Shown here in pieces: positions 38,383-47,627 of a stretch of 64,000 bases of DNA. The stretch lies in assembly GCA_963803435.1 (NCBI GenBank), contig CAWDML010000001.1, forward strand, positions 2,848,001-2,912,000. The letters run 5' to 3'. A program made the translations under genes and the position numbers. This DNA comes from an uncultured delta proteobacterium. Its GTDB lineage: Bacteria; Myxococcota; Kuafuiibacteriia; Kuafuiibacteriales; Kuafuiibacteriaceae. The notes under the pieces are model-generated. The model saw only the letters and a list, made by a program, of their open reading frames with translations, was not told where the DNA came from and ran no database searches. Numbering within the stretch: position 1 is the stretch's first letter; every line of letters begins with the position of its first letter.

Positions 38383-40308
38383 TCAGACCGCCTCTTTCTC
38401 ACGGACCTCGTCCTTGTCGGCGAGCTCGCCGAGCAAACGCTGTCCGGTCGTCGTGATCCGCTCATGCAGATATCGCGCCCGCGGCTCGGCGCGCTCGAGA
38501 TAACGCTCGAGGACCTCGACCCGTTCCGGATGCTTCTTTGCCTGCGCGAGCAGAAGCTCGCAGATGGCCTCGTCGACGAGCTGCCGGGTGAGTCGCTCGG
38601 CGTGCAACATCGCGTAGGCGAAGTCGCGCTTGGGATCCCAGTTCTTGAGGAAGCGCTCCGGCCACTCCGCCAGAGGCAGACCGCGCAGTGCGGAGAATTT
38701 GTCCGCGGCGGTCTTGGTGAGGAGGTGCTGCTGAGATGACAGCGACAGCGCCTGCAGCCTCGCCACGCGGCGCTCCAGCGGATCACGGGACGCGGTCGCC
38801 TTCCACTTCGCCTGGGCGATCCGCCGTGCGAAGCGCTGCGGGTTCCGGAGCGCGCCGGTCAGGGCGTCCTTCATGACCATCAGGGACTGGATCTGGCTGG
38901 TCCCCTCGTAGATCGGCATGACCATCGCGTCGCGGAGCAGCTTCTCGGCGCCGAACTCCTTCGTGTAGCCGACGCCGCCGTGGATCTGCACGCAGGTCCG
39001 GGCCAGCTCGACCGCCTTCTCGGCGGCCAGGTACTTGAGGAGCGGCGTGAGGCGACGGGCGGTGCGCCCGTGGCGCTTGTGCGATCGCTGGTGCTTCTCG
39101 ATCTCGTGGGGATCGCGCAGCACGCCCGCCTTGAGGAGCACCTCCTCCTTCTGTGCGATCTCCTGCTCGACCGCGCAGTGCACGCCGAGCGCCCGGATGC
39201 CCTCGATGTCGCTCCGCATCTCGTCGAGGTAGTCCGCGATCATCTCGTGGCGATCGATGGTCTTGCCCATCGACCTGCGCTCGCTCGCGTACGCCAGCGC
39301 CGCCCGGTAGGCCGCCTCGCAGAGGCCGAGGCTCTCGAAACCGACGCCGATCCGCGCGTTGTTCATCAGCGTCAGCATCAGCTTGAAGCCCTCGCCGCGC
39401 TTGCCCACGAGCTGCGCCGGCGAGCGATCGAACGTGATGGAGCAGGTGGCCGAGCCGTGGTGGCCCATCTTCTCCTCGATCCGATCGACGACCGCGTAGC
39501 GTTTGCGGGTGCCGTCCGGCAGATCGTCGTAGGTCTTCACCATGAACATCGAGAGCCCGCCCAGGCCGGAGAAGGGATCGTCGGGGTTGGCGGTCTTCTC
39601 GGTTCGCGCGATCACGAAGTGATACTTCCCGTGACCGGAGGTGATGAAGATCTTGTTGCCGGTGACGAACCAGTTGCCGGCCTCGTCCTGCTCGCCGACG
39701 GTCCGGAGCTGCGCCATGTCGCTGCCCGCGTTCGGCTCGGTGATGTCCATGGCGCCCCAGGCACGGCCGGAGCGCATCTCCTCAATCTCCTCGGGCCAGC
39801 GCGTCTTGGTGATGGCGCCGGTCTCGGGATCGAACTCGGTGCTGCCCTCGAAGAGCGAGTAGACCAGCATCGCCATGGCGATGCCGCCGTGGAAGCTGTG
39901 GTGCGCCATCACGGAGATGTCGGCGCGGCCGAACATCTCGTTGGCCAGGAGGAAGAGCGCGATCGGACAGTTCTGGCCGCCCAGCTCCCGCGGTAGGCAC
40001 ATCCCGTGGAGCTCGAGCGACGCGATGCCCTCGAAGATCGCGTCCATGCGGGGCCCGAACGAGGCCTCACCCTTCTCGAAGCGCACGCCCTCGCGGTCGA
40101 TCTGCTGCGTGTAGGGCGCCACCTCCTCGGCGACGAACTGGCCGATCACGCCGAGGATGTCCTTGTAGAACTCGAGCGCCTCTTCAGGGTTCTTGAACCC
40201 GTCGGGCGTGCGGTAGCCGAACTCGGTCAGCTCGACGAGCGGGGTCCAGTCGATGCCGCGATCGATGTAATATTGGAGGTCGGAATTGTCGGTGAAGAAG
40301 TTCGCCAT
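38383..40308 (-). CDS. Acyl-CoA dehydrogenase
   Basis: MDITEPNAGSD, GNKIFIT, EEKMGHHGS, GGVGY, IYEGTSQIQ; start overlaps the TetR stop (TAATG). Confidence 0.94.
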   Translation of the reverse strand: MANFFTDNSDLQYYIDRGIDWTPLVELTEFGYRTPDGFKNPEEALEFYKDILGVIGQFVAEEVAPYTQQIDREGVRFEKGEASFGPRMDAIFEGIASLELHGMCLPRELGGQNCPIALFLLANEMFGRADISVMAHHSFHGGIAMAMLVYSLFEGSTEFDPETGAITKTRWPEEIEEMRSGRAWGAMDITEPNAGSDMAQLRTVGEQDEAGNWFVTGNKIFITSGHGKYHFVIARTEKTANPDDPFSGLGGLSMFMVKTYDDLPDGTRKRYAVVDRIEEKMGHHGSATCSITFDRSPAQLVGKRGEGFKLMLTLMNNARIGVGFESLGLCEAAYRAALAYASERRSMGKTIDRHEMIADYLDEMRSDIEGIRALGVHCAVEQEIAQKEEVLLKAGVLRDPHEIEKHQRSHKRHGRTARRLTPLLKYLAAEKAVELARTCVQIHGGVGYTKEFGAEKLLRDAMVMPIYEGTSQIQSLMVMKDALTGALRNPQRFARRIAQAKWKATASRDPLERRVARLQALSLSSQQHLLTKTAADKFSALRGLPLAEWPERFLKNWDPKRDFAYAMLHAERLTRQLVDEAICELLLAQAKKHPERVEVLERYLERAEPRARYLHERITTTGQRLLGELADKDEVREKEAV

Positions 40309-40943
40309 TAGTCGACTCCTTTGTCCTTCGCGCTCTGATGATCCAGATAGCTCTGTTCGAAGAGGCTGCTGCGCGTCATGCGAACGAGCTCGTCGATCGC
40401 GCGGCGCATGTGTTGTGGTCGGGTCCCCTTGATCAGCGCGCTCATGCACTCGCTGGTCGCGAGCACCGAGAGCGACATGCTCGCCACATGCAGGATGTAC
40501 GCCTCCGGATCGACGGTCGTCCGGATCTGCCCGCTCTCCTGTCCCTTCCGGATGTAGCCGGCGACCACCTCGACCCAAGGGCGTGCATAACCTTCGAGCG
40601 AAGCCTTCATCCCCTGCGGCCGATCGAGCAGCTCGCGCACGAGCAGCCGCGCGCGATCGGGATCGTCGGCGAAGAAGGACATCAGCTCGCGCATGACGCC
40701 GTCGAACTTCGCGAGCCCGGTCAGCGTCGAGGCCATCAGCAGCTTGGGAAGGATGTCGTTCCAGCGGGACAGCAGCTGATCGAGGACGGCCTTTCTCAGC
40801 TCTTCCTTGGACGAGAAGTGGTAGAGGACCGACGGCTTTCGCACGCCCACGGCGTCCGCCACCGCCTGCAGGGAGGTCCCGTCGAACCCGCGCCGGGCCA
40901 TCAGGCGGGTCGCCTCCAAGAGAATGGTGTCGCGGACCTCCAT
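40308..40943 (-). CDS. TetR/AcrR-family regulator
   Basis: GFDGTSLQAVADAVGVRKPSVLYHFSSKEEL. Confidence 0.95.
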   Translation of the reverse strand: MEVRDTILLEATRLMARRGFDGTSLQAVADAVGVRKPSVLYHFSSKEELRKAVLDQLLSRWNDILPKLLMASTLTGLAKFDGVMRELMSFFADDPDRARLLVRELLDRPQGMKASLEGYARPWVEVVAGYIRKGQESGQIRTTVDPEAYILHVASMSLSVLATSECMSALIKGTRPQHMRRAIDELVRMTRSSLFEQSYLDHQSAKDKGVD

Positions 40944-40973
40944 GACGTGCGTCTACCGAGTGATACCGATCTG

Positions 40974-40989
40974 TCTACCGATCGGTAGA
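40974..40989. promoter_or_regulatory. Perfect 16-bp palindrome, probable TetR operator
   Basis: TCTACCGATCGGTAGA lying between a minus-strand TTGACC (-35) and TAGACA (-10); two extra TACCGA half-sites at 40954 and 40964. Confidence 0.75.
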
Positions 40990-41052
40990 GACCGGTCAAG
41001 GAGAAAATGACGTGCTGCGTCGTGAGGTTCCAAGGCGTTAGAATGATTTGGG

Positions 41053-42091
41053 ATGCTGACGCGCGCCGCCTACCACGCCCAACACGCTTCGATCCGGCTG
41101 CCGCTGTTCGCCATGCAACAGATGCTGCGCGTGCTCTCGAAGCGCTGGGAGCAGCCCAGCCGGCGCGAGGTGGCGATCATCCAGGCCCGGTATCGGGCCC
41201 TCCTCGAGCAGGACCTCGCGAACGCCGAGCGCGGCCTCTATCCGGAGAGCCTGCTCTTCGAGCTCCCGATGTTCGAGTACGCGAAGACGCTGCCGCGGCT
41301 GGCGCTCGAGTTCGGGCGCGCCATGCGCCGCATGCGCGCGGCCGACTTCAGAGATCTCCCGAAGGACATCGACCTGTCCCGCTACCCGCACTACTTCCGC
41401 CGCACGTTCCACTGGCAGACCGACGGTTATCTGTCGCGCCGCTCGGCCGAGCTCTACGACGTCGGCGTCGAGTTCGTGTTCCTCGGCTCGGCCGACGTGA
41501 TGCGGCGACAAATCATTCCGCCCATCACACGCTGGCTCGAGCGCGAGCACCCGGCGGGCCGTGCGCGGATCCTGGACGTGGCCACCGGGACCGGACGCGC
41601 GCTCTTCCAGCTGGCCAAGACACACCCGAAGCACAAGTACTACGCGCTCGACATCAGCCAGTACTATCTCGACGTCGCCCAGCGCGCGGCGCACGAGAAC
41701 CTCGACATCTCGTTCATCGTGGAGAACGCCGAGGAGATGCCGTTCAAGGACGGGTCGTTCGACGTGATCACCAGCGTCTATCTGTTCCACGAGCTCCCGC
41801 GGAACGCGCGGCGGCGGGTGTTCCGCGAGATGCTCCGCGTGCTGCGGCCGGGCGGGTTGCTGGTGATCGAGGACTCGGCGCAGCTCTCGGAGTCGTCGGA
41901 GATCAGGACCGTGCTCGAGCGCTTCCCGGCCGATCTCCACGAGCCGTTCTATCAGGACTACCTGCGCGACGACCTGGAGGGCGGGCTCGCGGAGTCCGGC
42001 TTTCAGAATCGACGCTGTCCTGCCGACGTTCGTCTCGAAGGTGGTGGTCGCTACCCGTCCCGGCGCCACACCAGGTGGCGAGGCCCGATGA
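41053..42091 (+). CDS. Class I SAM-dependent methyltransferase (frameshift near 42008)
   Basis: FHWQTDGYLS, ILDVATGTG, NAEEMPF, YLFHELP; corrected C-terminus FVSKVVVA. Confidence 0.88.
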
Positions 42092-42923
42092 GGGCGGCCT
42101 CTCCGTCGTCGATCAGCCGGCCCTGATACTCGCCAGCCTCGACGTCGTAGCGGTGCACGCCGTCGGCGCCGAGGATCAGCAGCACGCCGGCGTCGAGGTC
42201 GAGCGTCAGGCTGATCGGCCTCGGCACGTCTTCGGCGGTGGTGAGGATCTCGGAGCGCTCGAAGCGGTCGCCGGAGAAGCGGACCACGTGCTGGCGAATC
42301 TCGTCGGCCACGTACATCGAGCCGTCGGGACCGAGCTCGATCCCTACCGCGCTCCCGAGCGTCTCGAGCGGTCCGTAGCGCGCGACCTGTTCGCCGCTCT
42401 CGGGGTCCCAGACCTGGATCAGGCCGCCGTCGTCGAGCGAGTACGCGTTGGCGACGAAGACGCTACCATCGGCGGCCACCGCCAGATCGTGTCCGGACCA
42501 GATCCGATCGCGACCGATGTCGCGGATCAGGCGGCCTGACTCGTCGAGTAGGACGAGGTTTCGGGAGTCCTTGCCGAGCACGAGCAGGCGATGATCGCGG
42601 TAGTCGATCTGGACCGGCTCGCGAAGGACGCTCGAGTCGTCGAGCACGACCGCCTCCAGCGCGCCGTCGAGCATCCGGTAGCGGAGGACCTCGTCGCGAT
42701 CGAAGTCGACCGTGTAGAGGAGGCCGTCGTCGTCGAAGGTGGCCGACGAGGGACGGCGCGCGAGCATGTCCGCGTCGAGCGCTGCGCCCGTTCGAGGATC
42801 GAAGGCCCGGATGGCGCCGCCGTCCCGATCCGCGATCCAGAGCGTGGCGGCCGGGAGGGCGCCGCCGCCGCAGCCGCCTCCGAACGCAGCCGCCAGGAGG
42901 AGCAGGGACGAGGCGGCGCGCAT
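42051..42923 (-). CDS. Beta-propeller (NHL/Vgb-like) lipoprotein
   Basis: Lipobox GGGC; repeated P..x.F/D..DG.LYV blades. Confidence 0.75.
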   Translation of the reverse strand: MRAASSLLLLAAAFGGGCGGGALPAATLWIADRDGGAIRAFDPRTGAALDADMLARRPSSATFDDDGLLYTVDFDRDEVLRYRMLDGALEAVVLDDSSVLREPVQIDYRDHRLLVLGKDSRNLVLLDESGRLIRDIGRDRIWSGHDLAVAADGSVFVANAYSLDDGGLIQVWDPESGEQVARYGPLETLGSAVGIELGPDGSMYVADEIRQHVVRFSGDRFERSEILTTAEDVPRPISLTLDLDAGVLLILGADGVHRYDVEAGEYQGRLIDDGEAALIGPRHLVWRRDG

Positions 42924-42931
42924 GCCTCCAG

Positions 42932-42948
42932 TGTCACGTCGCTGTCAC
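42932..42948. promoter_or_regulatory. Tandem TGTCAC direct repeat with 11-bp period (OmpR/PhoB-type box)
   Basis: GTGTCAC-GTCG-CTGTCAC directly upstream of the propeller gene. Confidence 0.4.
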
Positions 42949-43056
42949 CCTCCTGCCATGGTACCGGCCGCGCGTGGAACGACCGCGGGCGGCCGGCAGG
43001 CGCCAAATGGTCGAAATAGGTCGGGTGTCGTCGACTCGCGTGGAACGAGCGGCGGT

Positions 43057-43078
43057 GGTCGAAGCGCGCCCTTCGACC
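43057..43078. terminator. Hairpin downstream of the glutaredoxin gene
   Basis: GGTCGAAG-N6-CTTCGACC; no U-tract. Confidence 0.35.
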
Positions 43079-43089
43079 CCGGATCCCCC

Positions 43090-43497
43090 TCAGCCCGCGA
43101 CGGCGCTGGCCGTTCGCGACGAACCCGCAGGCTCGGCCCCCAGCAGGCGCTCGAGCTCACCGCTCTCGATCAGGCGGATGAGATCGTCGGCGCCGCCGAT
43201 GAAGGTGCGCTTGATGAAGATCATCGGGAAGGTTGGCCAGCCCGTCCACATCTTCAGCGCGGTCCGTGGCCGCCACCTCGACAGGTAGCTCCCGTACTCG
43301 AGGTACTCGTACGCGAGCCCCTTCGCCTCCAGCGCCTTCTTGGCCCGCTTGGGGTGAGGGTTGATCGCCATCCCCACCACGACGATGTCGTGCTTGTCGA
43401 TGGCTTCCTGAACCTCCCGCAGGATTTCCTGGTGGAGGTTCGCGATCTTGTCGTGGATCGCGGGGTGGATGCGTGTCTGTTCGAGGATCGGACGCAC
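43090..43497 (-). CDS. Cysteine-less glutaredoxin-like protein
   Basis: WTGWPTFPMIF..FIGGADDL; the active-site position reads GMAINPHP. Confidence 0.85.
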   Translation of the reverse strand: MRPILEQTRIHPAIHDKIANLHQEILREVQEAIDKHDIVVVGMAINPHPKRAKKALEAKGLAYEYLEYGSYLSRWRPRTALKMWTGWPTFPMIFIKRTFIGGADDLIRLIESGELERLLGAEPAGSSRTASAVAG

Positions 43498-43548
43498 GCC
43501 GCGCACTCTAGCTAGGCAAGCGCCGGACTCTGAGTAGAATCGCGCGCC

Positions 43549-45108
43549 ATGTCGCTGTGGACGAACGGGGACGCACACGTGGTCGCGACCGGCTGGGGCG
43601 TGGCCCGCGCGGAGGGAAAGACGAGCGAGATCTCGCGGTTCTCGACGGAGGGCCTGAAGCGTGATCAGGATCCTCCTCCCGTCGAGCTCCTCGCCGTTCT
43701 GGACCCGGATGGGCGCTCTGCGCTGGTACGCAGGCGCGGAGAGGCGCTCCAGCTCTGGACGGCCGGCGAAGGCTTCAGCGCGGTCGAAGGCCCGATGCTG
43801 CTCGACGCAATCGCGATCGGCGAAGGAGCAGTGCTCGCCGTAGTCGCCGGAAAGGATCGAGCGACGCTCCACCGCTGCAAGGTGGAGGGCGACAGCGTCG
43901 TCGCCGGCGACCCGATCGCGCTCCCCAAGGGCGAGCGCCTCTCCTTCGCCTCGGCCCTCGGTGACGAGGTCGAGCCTCTGTGGCCGGAGGAGGATGACGA
44001 TCGTGACGAGAACGATCCCCCGTTCGACCCGGCCGCGCTCAGCATCCTCTCTCCGGTGACCGGCCACTGGCCCGGACGCGTGCGGCTCTCTGCGAACCGC
44101 TGCGGGATCGCGCTGACGTCGACGTACAGCGGCATGGTGGCGCTCCTCGATCCCAAGTCGCTCAAACCGCAACTCACCTTGCGCGTCCGGACGGAGGAGG
44201 ATCAGCTCGATCTCTTCGCGCTCCCGGTCCCACAGGGCGTGCTGCTGACCCTGGTGGCGAACTTCCGGAACACCGAATATCTGCTGGTCGGGCCCAAGCG
44301 CGAGGTGATGGCGCACCGCCACAAGATGGGCAAGGAGCTGGCCTGGGGCGCGAGCTCGGCGGGGCTCTTGTGGTCGGACGACAAGGTCCTGGTGAACCAA
44401 CAGCTCGGGAGCGCGAACCCATTCTTCATGGCGTTGCCGGGGCTCGCGCCCAAGCAGTTCGGGAAGGAGGAGGCCGTGGTGATCGAGGCCTCCAGCAACG
44501 CGGACGGATCGCGACACGTCCTGGCCACGACGCCCCCCGGCTCGCTGAGGCCCCAGAGCTGGAAGCTGGTCGCGTACGATCCGAGCGCCAAGAAGCTCAA
44601 GGCCGAGAACCTCAGCATGCCGGACTTCAAGCCGCCGCCGCCACCGGTCGCGAAACCGGAGAAGCGCAAGCGCGCGGAGGGCTCACCGGTGCTGGCGATG
44701 CGACCGGACCAGAGCACACCGTGGCGCGCCAACCTGAAGGAGACCACCGCGCTCCGGCTCCAGGTGATGAACCGCGGAGGCCCCCTGGCGGGCATGTACG
44801 TGGAGGTTGCCGGGAACGCGGTCGCGGAGGGGCTGATCGCCTCGGAGGAGGTGACGCTCGGCGGCGCGAAGGGGCAGTTCGAGAAGAAGGGCAGCGCGTT
44901 CCGGGCGGAGATCAGCGACGCGAAGCTGGATGCGCACTTCGCGGACGCGTCGCGGGCCGACCCCGCGCCGTCGATCGAGCTGGTGGTGAAGCTGCGGGCA
45001 GAGCGGCCGGGGAACGGGTTGATGACCGTGCGCGTGGGGCCGCTGGGCGCGACGGGGATCATGGGATCGGCGATGGAGGGGCGGAGCTTTGTAGTGGCTC
45101 CGGGGTGA
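43549..45108 (+). CDS. Hypothetical protein (beta-rich N-domain, Pro linker, Ig-like C-domain)
   Basis: Long GC3-biased ORF with TAGAAT 8 nt upstream of ATG. Confidence 0.7.
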   Translation: MSLWTNGDAHVVATGWGVARAEGKTSEISRFSTEGLKRDQDPPPVELLAVLDPDGRSALVRRRGEALQLWTAGEGFSAVEGPMLLDAIAIGEGAVLAVVAGKDRATLHRCKVEGDSVVAGDPIALPKGERLSFASALGDEVEPLWPEEDDDRDENDPPFDPAALSILSPVTGHWPGRVRLSANRCGIALTSTYSGMVALLDPKSLKPQLTLRVRTEEDQLDLFALPVPQGVLLTLVANFRNTEYLLVGPKREVMAHRHKMGKELAWGASSAGLLWSDDKVLVNQQLGSANPFFMALPGLAPKQFGKEEAVVIEASSNADGSRHVLATTPPGSLRPQSWKLVAYDPSAKKLKAENLSMPDFKPPPPPVAKPEKRKRAEGSPVLAMRPDQSTPWRANLKETTALRLQVMNRGGPLAGMYVEVAGNAVAEGLIASEEVTLGGAKGQFEKKGSAFRAEISDAKLDAHFADASRADPAPSIELVVKLRAERPGNGLMTVRVGPLGATGIMGSAMEGRSFVVAPG

Positions 45109-45147
45109 CTCACTCCGAAGACGAACGGTCAGGGTGGGGGCGCGGGA

Positions 45148-46149
45148 TCAGAAGTGGTCAAACCCACCCGGCACCGGCAGCACCGTCCCGTCCGACATCA
45201 CCACCTCGATCTCCGGCTTCACCGTCACCGCGCCGATCAGCGTCACCGGCGTGGCGGTCGCGGCGCAGGTCTCGCGCACGAGGCGCTCGTCCTCGGGCGC
45301 GGCGGAGAAGAGGAGCTCGTAGTCTTCGCCGCCCTCGAGCGCGATCAGGTCGCGGTTGAGGCCCGCCTCGGCGGCGTACTGTTGGACCGCGCCCGAGATC
45401 GGGAGCTTCGCCCCGTCGAGGCGGACGCCGAGGCGCTCGGGCACGAGCAGGCGGCGGAGATCCTTGCCCAGGCCGTCGGAGACGTCGCACATCGCGTGCA
45501 CGACGGCGGCCTTGGCCAGGGCGCGCCCGGCCTTCACCCGGGGCTCGGGGTCGACCAGCATCTCGATCAGCTTCTGGCGGTAGTCGCTCCGCGAGACCTT
45601 GAGGTTCTGCTTCGCGAAGTGAAGGCCCGCCCGGGCGTCGCCGAGGTGACCGGTGACGAAGATGGCGTCGCCGACCTGCGTGCCGCGACGCGTGATCAGC
45701 TCGCTCGGCAGCGCCCGACCGATCACCGTGGCGGTGAGATGGATCGGTCCGTAGGTCCGACTCGTGTTGCCGCCGATGATCGCAACCCCGTGCGAGCGGC
45801 ACTGGTCGCGCACGCCGCCGGCGATGCCTTTCGCGATCTCGAGATCCGTGGATCCGGGGAAGCTCACCGAGAGGAGCACGTAGCGCGGGGCCGCGCCCAT
45901 GGCGGCGATGTCGCTCAGGTTCACCGCGATCAGCTTCCGCCCCACCTGGTGCGGCGTTGCGTACGCCAGATCGAAGTGTACGTTCTCCACCAGGCAGTCG
46001 GTGGTGATCACCGAGCAGTGCTGCGGCGAGACGAACCAGGCGGCGGCGTCATCGCCGTTGCCCACCAGCACCTTGGAGTCGGGCGACCCCGCCTCCGCGG
46101 AGAAGATCTCGATCAGCCCGTCCTCGCCGATCTCTTCGACCGACATCAT
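45148..46149 (-). CDS. thiL: Thiamine-monophosphate kinase
   Basis: GDDAA, HF, NLSDIAAMG, GGNT, DVSDGL, GGEDYELLF, GFDHF. Confidence 0.96.
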   Translation of the reverse strand: MMSVEEIGEDGLIEIFSAEAGSPDSKVLVGNGDDAAAWFVSPQHCSVITTDCLVENVHFDLAYATPHQVGRKLIAVNLSDIAAMGAAPRYVLLSVSFPGSTDLEIAKGIAGGVRDQCRSHGVAIIGGNTSRTYGPIHLTATVIGRALPSELITRRGTQVGDAIFVTGHLGDARAGLHFAKQNLKVSRSDYRQKLIEMLVDPEPRVKAGRALAKAAVVHAMCDVSDGLGKDLRRLLVPERLGVRLDGAKLPISGAVQQYAAEAGLNRDLIALEGGEDYELLFSAAPEDERLVRETCAATATPVTLIGAVTVKPEIEVVMSDGTVLPVPGGFDHF

Positions 46150-47627
46150 GCGCCGAGCGGCTCCGCGTCCGGCTCACGGTCCGCGGCGGTCGGCTTGGTG
46201 ATCTCGACGTCGGCGGTGTGGGGCGTCTGCGTGGTCGGCTCGAAGATCCGGAGCTCCGCGCGAGCGCCATCGACCACCACGTGATACAGCGAGGGACGCT
46301 CGTTCCCCGGCAGCGCCGGCAGCCAGCAGCCCGTGTTCACGTAGAGGCGGCCCTTCCCCAGATCGGTGAAGCGACGCGAGTGGCTGTGGCCCATCACCAC
46401 CAGCGGCACGTCGAGGATCGCCGCGATCTTCTTCGCCGCCTGCGCCTGCTTGGGCCCGGGGAGGAGGTAGCGCCGGGGTGCCATCCGCTTGTTCACGAGC
46501 CAGGCGCCGGCCGCGATCGCGAGCAGGCCGAGGAGCTCGAGCCAGACGTTGTCGACCACTACCAGGATGAAGAGCGCCATCGCCAGCGCCCCCGCGGCGA
46601 GCGCGATCCGATCGAGGAACAGCAGGCGCGCCAGCTCCGAGAGGTTGCGATTGATCGGCGTGTGGTGAAGAGCGTCGATGTCCTGGAGCTTGCTCTTCGG
46701 CACGCCGAATCGGCGCGCCTCGGCCGCCAGGTGCTTCTCGTGCTCTTTGATGTAGCGCGGCACCAGGCCGTAGGCGAAGCGCCAGGCGTACTGGAGCATG
46801 CGGACGCCCGTGATCACCCCCATCTTGGTGACGTAGATGGTGCCGTTGATCCCGCGCTTCTTCAGCCACTCGAAGTAGTCGCGTATGGTCCACAGATCCG
46901 CGTTGTGCGCGGCGTAGTCGTTCAGCATGTTCACGAAGTAGCGCATCGTGAACGCGAACAAGGGCGTGTCGATCTTCCGCGGGTTGTCCGGGCTGACCGG
47001 ATAGAGCTGGTGGTCGTACGAGCAATAGACGTCGTACTGGTGGCCGTGCTCGACGTAGATCCGCCCCGGCTCGATGTAGCACCAGGGCGAGAAGCTGATC
47101 CGGTCCTGGAAGGCGTTCCGGAGCTCGATCGCCTGATCCACGTCCAGCTTCATGTGCGCGTAGGCGAACGAGGCCATGTTCTTGCGAAAGACGCGCTGCA
47201 CCTTCCGCCAGTGGAACTCGGTGTCGTGATTGCCGCGCACCATCACGATCTCTCCGCCCTCGCGGACGAAGTGCGCGATCCGGCGGAACAGCGCCTCGTG
47301 ATAGCCCATCGTGCGCTCGAGCTTGATCACCGAGCGCTCGGCCTCGTTCCCGAGCCCGAACTGGATCTCCTCGGTGGTGGCCTCGAAGGTGAGGCGGACG
47401 TCGAGCGGTCCCTTGCGTCCCGGCACCACCACCACCTCGACGAAGTCGATGAAGTCGCCGTCGAAGATCAGCCGCCACTCGCTCTCGCGCGCGGACGTGT
47501 AGTGATCGAGGAGGTTGATGAAGGCCTGATCGAACTCCGGATTGGGGCGCTGCACCTCCTGGAAGCCGGTGATCTCTTTGCAGTCACGGCCCAGGTGCAT
47601 GTCGGAGACGATCAGCAGTCGTCTCAT
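46146..47627 (-). CDS. Calcineurin-like metallophosphoesterase with TM insert
   Basis: SDMHLG, GDFIDF, GNHD, EHGH, MGHSH, NTGCW. Confidence 0.88.
   Translation of the reverse strand: MRRLLIVSDMHLGRDCKEITGFQEVQRPNPEFDQAFINLLDHYTSARESEWRLIFDGDFIDFVEVVVVPGRKGPLDVRLTFEATTEEIQFGLGNEAERSVIKLERTMGYHEALFRRIAHFVREGGEIVMVRGNHDTEFHWRKVQRVFRKNMASFAYAHMKLDVDQAIELRNAFQDRISFSPWCYIEPGRIYVEHGHQYDVYCSYDHQLYPVSPDNPRKIDTPLFAFTMRYFVNMLNDYAAHNADLWTIRDYFEWLKKRGINGTIYVTKMGVITGVRMLQYAWRFAYGLVPRYIKEHEKHLAAEARRFGVPKSKLQDIDALHHTPINRNLSELARLLFLDRIALAAGALAMALFILVVVDNVWLELLGLLAIAAGAWLVNKRMAPRRYLLPGPKQAQAAKKIAAILDVPLVVMGHSHSRRFTDLGKGRLYVNTGCWLPALPGNERPSLYHVVVDGARAELRIFEPTTQTPHTADVEITKPTAADREPDAEPLGA

Noticed and set aside
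42971-43048. parS sites
   Set aside because: Only the CGTGGAAC half matches; the GTTCCAC half is missing in both copies
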